A stretch of 64,000 nucleotides of DNA from Chloroflexota bacterium (lineage in GTDB: Bacteria > Chloroflexota > UBA11872 > VXOZ01): NCBI GenBank assembly GCA_963663275.1, contig OY760183.1, positions 2,720,001 to 2,784,000 on the forward strand, given 5' to 3'. Of the stretch, positions 39,482-47,170 are shown one piece after another. Position 1 is the first letter of the stretch. Every line of letters begins with the position of its first letter. A program made the translations under genes and the position numbers. The notes beneath the pieces were generated by a model that did not search any database, had not been told where the DNA came from, and saw nothing but the letters and a program-made list of their open reading frames with translations.

Positions 39482-39784
39482 CTATTGCCGGATCTGAAAC
39501 TCGCTGAGAGAACCGGACGCGGGCTCCCAGGTTGCCTCTACGGACGCCACGCGGCTGAGGAGCGGCCTGCTTTCAAGCCGCAGCAGCAGCGTTTGCAACG
39601 CGCTTTCCGGCCCTTCGGCGAGAATCTCCACACTGCCGTCACAATCCACGTTGCGCGCGTATCCCACCAGCCCCAGGCTCACGGCGGCCCGCGCCGCGAA
39701 CTGGCGATAGCCAACGCCCTGCACGTGTCCGTACACGCGGGCCCGCAGCCGCCGGTCGGACGCCGCGCTCATGCTCGCCTCCAC
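39482..39784 (-). CDS. acyP: Acylphosphatase
   Basis: GHVQGVGYR, GYARN..DGSVE; start could be ATG 39772. Confidence 0.9.
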   Translation of the reverse strand: MEASMSAASDRRLRARVYGHVQGVGYRQFAARAAVSLGLVGYARNVDCDGSVEILAEGPESALQTLLLRLESRPLLSRVASVEATWEPASGSLSEFQIRQ

Positions 39785-39796
39785 TTCAGAAGCCTA

Positions 39797-40783
39797 TCAG
39801 CCCCGGGCGTTGTCCAAGCCGAGTTCCTGGCGGACTTCGTCTACGGCTTCCACGATTACGGCAAGTTTGGCCTGCGCCTCGTCCACCGTGCGGGTCTTCA
39901 GGCCGCAATCCGGATCGATGTAGAGCCGGTCGGCGGGCACGACTTCCAGCCCCTTGTAGATGCCGGCCTTTACCTGAGCCTTGTCCTCGATGACGTGGCT
40001 GTGCACGTCCACCACGCCCATCGCCAGTTTCTTCGTAAACGGCGCCCGCTCCTTGAAGAGGTCGAGCAGGTCGAAATCGCTATTCGCCATCTCCAGGTCG
40101 ATCACGTCCACCGGAATGTCGAGCAGTTTGGGGTAGATCGCGTCGAAGTCGCCGTAGCAGATGTGCGTGCCGGTGGTTGCCGTCAGGCCGTCAACCACCA
40201 CTCCCATGGCTTCGATCGCCAGCGGCAGGTCTTCGGGGCGGGTGGAAACTGCCGGTTCGTCGATCTGGATGAACTGCGCCCCGGCTTCCTCCAATGCGAC
40301 CACCTCTTCGTGCAACACTTCGGCCATGGCCAGCACGAATTCCTCTTGGGTATCGTAGTAGTTGTTGTACGACCACTCGGCCATGGTGTACGGGCCGGTG
40401 ATCATGCCCTTCACGGGCTTATCCGTCAGGCTTTGGGCGTACTGCCACCAATCGAGCGTGAACGGTGTGACCCGCTTCAGCGGCCCCACGGCGATCGGCT
40501 TGCGGTAGTAGCGGTTGCCGTACGAGCGCACGAGCCCGCTGATCTCCATGCCCTCCATCATTTCGGCGAAGTACGTCGCCATGTCGCCCCGGTACATCTC
40601 GGCATCAACGGCGATGTCCAGTCCCAGTTCGTTCTGGTACTCCATCCAGAATTGCGTATAAGCGCGCTCCAGCGCCGTCAACTCTTCCTGCGGCAGCTTG
40701 CCCCGCGCGAAACTGGTGCGCGCCTTGGCGAGCGCCGGCGGCTTGGGCAAACTCCCAACCTGCGTTGTCCATAGACCTTCCAT
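39797..40783 (-). CDS. metE: Cobalamin-independent methionine synthase, catalytic Zn-binding half
   Basis: TTQVGSLPKP, KGMITGPYT, IQIDEPA, HICYG, LE, PDCGLKTR. Confidence 0.88.
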   Translation of the reverse strand: MEGLWTTQVGSLPKPPALAKARTSFARGKLPQEELTALERAYTQFWMEYQNELGLDIAVDAEMYRGDMATYFAEMMEGMEISGLVRSYGNRYYRKPIAVGPLKRVTPFTLDWWQYAQSLTDKPVKGMITGPYTMAEWSYNNYYDTQEEFVLAMAEVLHEEVVALEEAGAQFIQIDEPAVSTRPEDLPLAIEAMGVVVDGLTATTGTHICYGDFDAIYPKLLDIPVDVIDLEMANSDFDLLDLFKERAPFTKKLAMGVVDVHSHVIEDKAQVKAGIYKGLEVVPADRLYIDPDCGLKTRTVDEAQAKLAVIVEAVDEVRQELGLDNARG

Positions 40784-40785
40784 CG

Positions 40786-41763
40786 TTATGCGACAGCCTC
40801 CTGAGCTTTCTCGACGGCTCGAACCATATTCTCCAACTTGGCGTACGCCGTTTCGCGGGGCAGGAACTCCAATCCGGTGTTCGGGCTGACGGCTAAACGG
40901 TCTTTCGCCACGTATTGCGCCGCCCAGCTAACGGTCTCTACCACTGCTGCGTCCGTTTCCATGCGCACGTTGCGCGCGTCGATGATGCCGAGCGTGAGGT
41001 CTCTCTCGTCCGGGAATTCGGAAATGAGCGACTCATTCCCCTTGCCGTGCACCATGTCCAGGCCGAAGCCCTGGAACGGCAGCGCGAAGAAATCCGGCAA
41101 GCCCACGGCGTCGCCAAAGTCCGTGCGCAGCAGCGCCGCGGCGTCCACGCCGTCCACGAGCACGTCCATCGCCTCGCGGAAGAGGTGCCAGTCGTCCTTG
41201 TAGCGATGCCAGACGATGGCCGGTTCGTCCACCTGTATCAACGGGGGAGCGGTCGCCGCCAGCGCCTTCATCTCGTGGTTGAGCGCCCGCGCCGTGTCCA
41301 AGACCAGCGACTTCAGGTCCGTGTAGACGCCCGGCAGAGAGAGTTTCGCAATCGTATAGGGGCCGGTGACCACCGGCTTTACCGGGCGGGCGGCGTTTTC
41401 GCGGGCAAATTCGTAGTCGCGGACGAGGATTGGCGCCTGCCACTCGACTTGTCCGGTCGCCTCCGGCTGGCGGTAGAAGGTGTTGGTGTCGAAATAGCGA
41501 ATGAGACCGCCAATCTCGTAGCCGTGCAGGCTGCCGGCGATGTACGTCACCGGATCCTGCCAGCGGATTTGTCCGTCCGTGATTACGTCAACTCCGGCGC
41601 GCTCCTGCTCGCCAATCACCTCGAGGGTAACGTCGTCCGCCGCCGCCGCGAGTTCTTCCGCCGAAATGCGCCCTCTATCAAACGAGGATATGGCGCGGCG
41701 CAACGTCTGGCCGCCGGGCCTGTTGGCGATTTTCGGATAATTCCCTGGAACCGTACTGATCAT
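40786..41763 (-). CDS. MetE N-terminal-half homolog (non-catalytic partner of split MetE)
   Basis: TDGQIRWQD, RYFDTNTFYRQP, TGPYT, DEP; Zn ligands absent (RTDFG, PNTGLEFLP). Confidence 0.82.
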   Translation of the reverse strand: MISTVPGNYPKIANRPGGQTLRRAISSFDRGRISAEELAAAADDVTLEVIGEQERAGVDVITDGQIRWQDPVTYIAGSLHGYEIGGLIRYFDTNTFYRQPEATGQVEWQAPILVRDYEFARENAARPVKPVVTGPYTIAKLSLPGVYTDLKSLVLDTARALNHEMKALAATAPPLIQVDEPAIVWHRYKDDWHLFREAMDVLVDGVDAAALLRTDFGDAVGLPDFFALPFQGFGLDMVHGKGNESLISEFPDERDLTLGIIDARNVRMETDAAVVETVSWAAQYVAKDRLAVSPNTGLEFLPRETAYAKLENMVRAVEKAQEAVA

Positions 41764-41803
41764 CAACCGCTCCTGTACTGAGAGACTGCAATGCACTAGC
41801 TCT

Positions 41804-41832
41804 ATGGTATGGCACACCGTGCCAAATTTCAA
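41804..41832 (-). promoter_or_regulatory. Putative sigma70 promoter of the metE operon with a palindrome in the spacer
   Basis: TTGAAA-17 nt-TACCAT on minus strand; TGGCAC-N3-GTGCCA at 41810-41824. Confidence 0.5.
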
Positions 41833-42055
41833 AAGCCGGCACGCGCGGAGCGGCATTTGCCGCCTTACGCAGGTGGATTCAGTGGTTCCGGTCGTCCATC
41901 TTCTCCATACAATGCGACGGGCGGCCCCTGACACCGGCTGCTCTCTCCGCTATGCTAAGAGCAGGCCAGTGTGACCGCAACGCGGTTTGCGGCAGCGATT
42001 CCAAGGCCGTTCAACCACCACAAGAGAGTTCCGTTAGGGGAAAGGAATACCCACC

Positions 42056-43201
42056 GTGCGCATCACGGACGTGGAAACGTACGTTCTCGGCGACAACTGG
42101 CGCAACATCGTCTTTGCGCGGGTCATGACCGACGAAGGTCTCTACGGCATTGGCGAAGCGACGCTCCAGAATCGCGATGAAGCCGTCGTCGCATACCTGC
42201 AAGCCGCTAAAGGGCGGCACATCATCGGCAGCGACCCGTTCAACATCGAGGACCTCTGGCTGCGCATGTACCGCGATGACTTCTGGCGCGGCGGCCCGGT
42301 AGCCAACACGGCGCTGAGCGCCGTGGAAATCGCCTGCTGGGACATTGTGGGCAAGGCGCTGGGCGTGCCGGTATTTCGCCTGCTGGGCGGCCAGTGCCAC
42401 GAGCGGCTCAAGGCCTACGCCAACGGCTGGTACACCGGCGAGCGCACGCCCGAGGACTTTGCCCAACGCGCCAAGGGCGTCGTGGCCAAAGGATACCGCG
42501 CGCTGAAGGTAGACCCGTTCGGCGCGGGGACCTACGAGATGGAGCCGGCGGAGAAGCGCGTTTCCATCGCGCTGGTAGAAGCGGTCCGGGACGCGGTCGG
42601 TCCGGAGGTGGAAATCTTCATCGAGATGCACGGCAGATTCAGTCCGGCAACCGCAATCGAGATTGCCCGTGAACTCGAACCGTTCAACCCCGGCTGGGTG
42701 GAAGAGCCGGTGCCGCCGGAAGACCAGGACGCTCTGGAACGGGCGGCCCGCGACATTCACGTGCCCGTTGCCACCGGAGAGAGGCTCTTTACCCGATTCG
42801 AATACGCGCGGTTCTTCAAGAACAACGTCGTTGACATCATTCAGCCGGACATTATTCACGCCGGCGGCATCATGGAGCTTAAGAAGATTGCGGCCATGGC
42901 CGACGCCCACTACGTGACGGTCGCGCCCCATTGCTCCAACGGCCCGGCCTGCACCGCCGCCAGCGTGCACTTCGACTTCTGCACGACGAACGTGAAGATC
43001 CAGGAATGCTTCGACGACTTTGCGCCGGACTTCGTGCGCGCGGCGGTGCCCGGCTTTCCCAGAGTGAAAGACGGCTACTTTTCCCCACCGGAAGCGCCCG
43101 GCCTCGGCATCGACCTCGATCTCGACGTGATCGCGGAACATCCGTACCGCTTCGGCCACTTCAACCTCTTTGCCGACGATTGGCAGCGGCGCGCGTATTA
43201 G
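42056..43201 (+). CDS. Mandelate racemase/enolase-superfamily sugar acid dehydratase (DgoD-like)
   Basis: WDIVGK, AYANGW, K.DPF, EMHGR, EEP, TGER, QPD, APH. Confidence 0.88.
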   Translation: MRITDVETYVLGDNWRNIVFARVMTDEGLYGIGEATLQNRDEAVVAYLQAAKGRHIIGSDPFNIEDLWLRMYRDDFWRGGPVANTALSAVEIACWDIVGKALGVPVFRLLGGQCHERLKAYANGWYTGERTPEDFAQRAKGVVAKGYRALKVDPFGAGTYEMEPAEKRVSIALVEAVRDAVGPEVEIFIEMHGRFSPATAIEIARELEPFNPGWVEEPVPPEDQDALERAARDIHVPVATGERLFTRFEYARFFKNNVVDIIQPDIIHAGGIMELKKIAAMADAHYVTVAPHCSNGPACTAASVHFDFCTTNVKIQECFDDFAPDFVRAAVPGFPRVKDGYFSPPEAPGLGIDLDLDVIAEHPYRFGHFNLFADDWQRRAY

Positions 43202-43219
43202 CAGCCAGGAGAAACAGCA

Positions 43220-43427
43220 ATGCAGTACGCCGTCGTCATCGAGAATAACCGGCAACGGCTACTCGGCGTACGTGCCCGATTTGCCGGGCTGCGCCGCCGC
43301 CAGGGACAGGCAGGAGGATATAGACAGCCTGATCCGGGAAGCCGTCGCCTACCACGTTGCCATGCTCCGCGAACACGGCGACCCGGTGCCGGAACCGCAG
43401 GCCACGACGGGGCTGGTAGAGGTGTAG
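43220..43427 (+). pseudogene. HicB-family antitoxin, frameshifted
   Basis: MQYAVVIE in one frame continues as TGNGYSAYVPDLPGC...IREAVAYH...GDPVPEP in another; one extra base in GAGAATAACC near 43246. Confidence 0.8.
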
Positions 43428-43495
43428 CCGCTGCCTCTCGTCCCGGCGAACCATGCGCTTGAGGCTGAAAGCTGCCTGACGGCAGAGAACCTGGT

Positions 43496-43918
43496 ATGAA
43501 AATCAATACGGAATTCCTTACCCGCTGCATCCAAACACTGGATACCGCGTATGCCCAATTGCAGCGGCAAGAAGCGGGCAGCACGATGTACGACATCCTG
43601 CGCGCCGCGTGCGTTAAGGAGTTCGAACTGGTCCTGGAGCAAAGCGGCAGTCTGCTGGCCAAACGGTTGCGGCCCTACTTCGCCAGCAACCGGCAGGCCG
43701 ATCACCTGACCTTCAAAGACCGCTTTCGCCACGCCGCGAAGCACGGCCTGCTCTCCGTCGAGAGTTGTGAACGCTGGCTCGCCTATCGAGACGCCGGCAA
43801 CGACACGGCGCACCGCTACGGCGCGGGCTTTGCCGATGTGACTCTCAAGCTGCTGCCGGCCTTCATTGCGGACGCCGCAGAACTGGCGAAAGTCATCGCG
43901 GAGGAGATCGATGAGTGA
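43496..43918 (+). CDS. HEPN protein (HI0074 nucleotidyltransferase substrate-binding family)
   Basis: RAACVKEFELVLE, FKD.FR.AAK.GL, NDTAH.Y. Confidence 0.85.
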   Translation: MKINTEFLTRCIQTLDTAYAQLQRQEAGSTMYDILRAACVKEFELVLEQSGSLLAKRLRPYFASNRQADHLTFKDRFRHAAKHGLLSVESCERWLAYRDAGNDTAHRYGAGFADVTLKLLPAFIADAAELAKVIAEEIDE

Positions 43919-44243
43919 TCGGCTGGACCTGCCCTGCCGCTACCGCCGGCAGCTTGAAGCCCTGCTGCGCGTCTGCCTGCCCGGGGTAGAGGCGTGGGCC
44001 TACGGCAGCCGCGTAAACGGGGAATGCCACCCGGGCAGCGACCTGGACCTGGCCTTGCGCGCGCCGGGCCTGGAACCCATACCGGAGGCCATGCTCCGCG
44101 GCTTCAGCGCGGCCTTGGAACAGTCGAATATCCCCATCCTGGTCCAGGCCCACGACTGGGCGCGCCTGCCGGAAAGCTTTCACCGCGAAATCGAACGCAA
44201 CTACGTGGCCCTCAACGTGGCTGACAGCGAAGCCGAAGACTGA
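43911..44243 (+). CDS. Minimal nucleotidyltransferase (MNT)
   Basis: AYGSRVNG....SDLDL; overlaps the HEPN stop; GGAGGAG RBS. Confidence 0.88.
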   Translation: MSDRLDLPCRYRRQLEALLRVCLPGVEAWAYGSRVNGECHPGSDLDLALRAPGLEPIPEAMLRGFSAALEQSNIPILVQAHDWARLPESFHREIERNYVALNVADSEAED

Positions 44244-44410
44244 ACAGGCGGCGCGTCTCACCGCCGCGGCGAAGACAAAATTGCACGGATCCGGGCTTTC
44301 CGTTCGACGCCGGCGCCGTGTCCAACACGGTGAGATTTCCAGAGGGCTGTTAGAATGGCTGGGAGCGGCGCTGCGATAGCGTATGTCACGACGCATTGGA
44401 GAGAGTCCCC

Positions 44411-45583
44411 ATGGCCTACGACCTGATTCTGCGCAACGGCGACATCATCGATCCCGGCGAGAGCCGGCGCTTCACCGGCGACGTCGGCATAACCGGCGGC
44501 AAGATCGCCGCCATCTGCGAGGGTACGCTTGCGGATAGCGGCGCGCGGGAAATAGACGTTGCGGGACAGCTAGTCACGCCCGGTCTCGTGGACCTGCACG
44601 GGCACTGCTACTGGGGCGTAGGCGGCGTCGGCCTCGACCCGGACCTGGTCGGCGCGCGGCACGGCGTGACCACCTGGATCGACCCCGGCAGCAGCGGCGC
44701 GGCCACGTTTCCGGCGTTCAAGCGCTTCATCATCGAGCCGTCCCAGGTGCGCGTCATACCCCTGCTCAATCTCAGCGCCAAGGGCCTGGTGCACTCCCAG
44801 GGGTTTGGCGAACTCAACGACATTCGCTACATCGATTCCGACCTCAGCGCCGCCATGCTGGAACTCCATCGCGGCCTCATTGCCGGCATCAAGGTTCGTT
44901 CCGGCCGTTCCAGCACCGGGCAGATGGGCATGACCCCGCTGTGGATTGGGCGCGAACTCTGCGACCAGTTTTCGATCCCGCTCATGGTGCACATCTCCAA
45001 CGTCGCGCCCACCTTGCAGGAGTTGCTGCCGATGCTGCGCAAGGGCGACATCGTGACCCACTGCTTCCACGGCAAGATGGGCGGCGTCCTGATGCGCGGC
45101 CGGGTGCGGGACGAGGCCTGGGCGGCCCGGGAGCGCGGCGTGCTCTTCGACATCGGCCACGGCAACAGCAGTTTCTCCTTTCCGGTCACCGCCGCGGCCA
45201 TGGAACAGGGCTTTCCGCCCGACTCCATCAGCACCGACCTGCACCAGGTCAGCATCCGCAGCACGGCCAAGAGCTTTCCCCACGTCATGTCCAAGTTTCT
45301 GGCTCTCGGCATGGACCTCGAAACCGTGGTGCGACTCAGCACGCTCATTCCCGCGCAAGCCATGGGGCATGAAGACGTCTGCGGGCAATTGCGTGTCGGC
45401 GCGCCGGCGGACATCGCGGTCTTCCGCGTTCACACCGGCGACTACACCTTCGACGATCCCCAGGGCGTGGAGCGCGACGGCACGCAGGAGTTGGAGAACA
45501 CGCATACGATTGCCGGCGGCGTGCTCCTCGACCGGAGCCGGGACCCGCTGGCGGACAAGCCGTTTCCCATGGCTACCATCTAG
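44411..45583 (+). CDS. Amidohydrolase (dihydroorotase/deacetylase-like)
   Basis: PGLVDLHGH, GIKVR, MVH, THCF, DIGHG, ISTDLH. Confidence 0.88.
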   Translation: MAYDLILRNGDIIDPGESRRFTGDVGITGGKIAAICEGTLADSGAREIDVAGQLVTPGLVDLHGHCYWGVGGVGLDPDLVGARHGVTTWIDPGSSGAATFPAFKRFIIEPSQVRVIPLLNLSAKGLVHSQGFGELNDIRYIDSDLSAAMLELHRGLIAGIKVRSGRSSTGQMGMTPLWIGRELCDQFSIPLMVHISNVAPTLQELLPMLRKGDIVTHCFHGKMGGVLMRGRVRDEAWAARERGVLFDIGHGNSSFSFPVTAAAMEQGFPPDSISTDLHQVSIRSTAKSFPHVMSKFLALGMDLETVVRLSTLIPAQAMGHEDVCGQLRVGAPADIAVFRVHTGDYTFDDPQGVERDGTQELENTHTIAGGVLLDRSRDPLADKPFPMATI

Positions 45584-45643
45584 CGGGCAGACGTGCCCCC
45601 GGATCGCTAGTAGCGCAACGAGCACCTTGGATTAGACGAGAAA

Positions 45644-47164
45644 ATGCGTCTCCGATTCCTCCACGCCGCCGACCTGCATCTTGGCTACCAGCAATACGGC
45701 CTGGTGCAGCGTTACGACGACTTCACCGACGCCTTCCGGTGGGTGGTAGATACCGCGCTGGCGGAACGGGTTGACTTCCTCCTGATTGCCGGGGATCTCT
45801 TCGAAAAGCGCACTCTCGACCCGCGCACGCTGCTCATCGCCGTTACTGAATTCAAGCGACTGCAAGCGGCAGACATCCCGGTTGTCGCCATCGAGGGCAA
45901 TCACGAGCGCGCCTACGGCGACAGTCTCTCCTGGCTGGAGTACCTGAACCACAGCGGTCTGCTCTACCTGCTCGATTGCGCGCCCGGCGACCATGGCTGG
46001 CTGCCCCAACCCTGGGACGAGGCGGAGCGCGCCGGCGGCTACGTGGACCTGGCCGGCGCGCGCATCTACGGCCTCAAGTATCGCGGGGCGCAGACCGGCG
46101 CCGCGCTTCACGAAATCGGTACCGCCATCGCCGCCGCGCCGGCCGCCGCGGACTTTGCTATCTTGATGTCGCATACCTCTGTTGAAGGCTATTTCGACTT
46201 AGGGCATCCGTTCGCGCGCCTGAACGAACTGAGCGCGCTGCGACCGCGCATTGATTATCTCGCGCTCGGCCACGTCCATACTCCCTACAGCGGCGCGCTG
46301 GGCGGCAGGGAGTGGCTCTTCAATCCGGGGTGCCCGGAGACGTGGAGCAGCACAGAGTGGCAATACCAGGACAAAGGCGCCTACCTCGTGGAAGTAGACA
46401 CCGACCGGACACCGGCGTTCCAGGCTACGATGCGCAACTACCCGCGCCGCCGCCCTTTCATTCACATCCGGCAGGAAATGGACGCCTGCCCCTCTCCCGG
46501 CGCGCTCGCGCAACTGCTCGCGGAGAAGATCGACCGTGAGCCGGAACCGGCCGCGGTCGCGGAATCCCTGGCGGTGGAAGAAGGGGCACGCGCGGCGGGC
46601 GGCAGCGCTTCCCACGCGCCCAAAGCCCCGGTGGTTGAAGTCCTGCTCACCGGCATAGCCCGCTTCTCGCGCACGGAAATCGACACCGGGGCCATCGAGC
46701 AACTGGTGCGGCGGCGCTTCGACCCGCTGCTCGTGCGCGTACGCTCGTCGCTCCAGGAAGCGCCCGCGAGCCTGGTGGAAGGCGGGGACACGCTCGACCG
46801 GCACGTGCTGGAACGCCTGGTATTCGAGAACCTGATCCGGGCCGACGATCGCTTTGCCGCGACGGCGGCGGACGCGGCCCAGATCGCGATCGCCCTCAAG
46901 CAGATGACGCTCGACGGCGTGGCGGCTCACGAAATCGCGGAAGAGGTGACGAGCCGCCTGCGCGCCCAGGGGCAAACGGCGCGGGACGACGGGAGCCAAC
47001 CCGCCACGGCAAGCGCCGCCGACGCTCTGCCGAGCGCGGCAGTCCCAGGCGCGCCGCGCGGCGAGAGCGGCAGAGACGATGAGCAACTCCCGCTGCACGC
47101 GCCGCAAGAGTGGCCTGCCGCCTCAGACCTGGCGCCTGCGGAAGACGAAAAGAAGCCGGACTAA
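45644..47164 (+). CDS. Mre11/SbcD nuclease
   Basis: ADLHLG, AGDLF, GNHE, SH, LGHVH, NPG phosphoesterase motifs; low-complexity C-terminal tail. Confidence 0.92.
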   Translation: MRLRFLHAADLHLGYQQYGLVQRYDDFTDAFRWVVDTALAERVDFLLIAGDLFEKRTLDPRTLLIAVTEFKRLQAADIPVVAIEGNHERAYGDSLSWLEYLNHSGLLYLLDCAPGDHGWLPQPWDEAERAGGYVDLAGARIYGLKYRGAQTGAALHEIGTAIAAAPAAADFAILMSHTSVEGYFDLGHPFARLNELSALRPRIDYLALGHVHTPYSGALGGREWLFNPGCPETWSSTEWQYQDKGAYLVEVDTDRTPAFQATMRNYPRRRPFIHIRQEMDACPSPGALAQLLAEKIDREPEPAAVAESLAVEEGARAAGGSASHAPKAPVVEVLLTGIARFSRTEIDTGAIEQLVRRRFDPLLVRVRSSLQEAPASLVEGGDTLDRHVLERLVFENLIRADDRFAATAADAAQIAIALKQMTLDGVAAHEIAEEVTSRLRAQGQTARDDGSQPATASAADALPSAAVPGAPRGESGRDDEQLPLHAPQEWPAASDLAPAEDEKKPD

Positions 47165-47170
47165 CACCCG

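Noticed and set aside
41764-42055. SAM or cobalamin riboswitch upstream of metE
   Set aside because: No recognisable consensus elements by eye; an Rfam scan would be needed to exclude it fully
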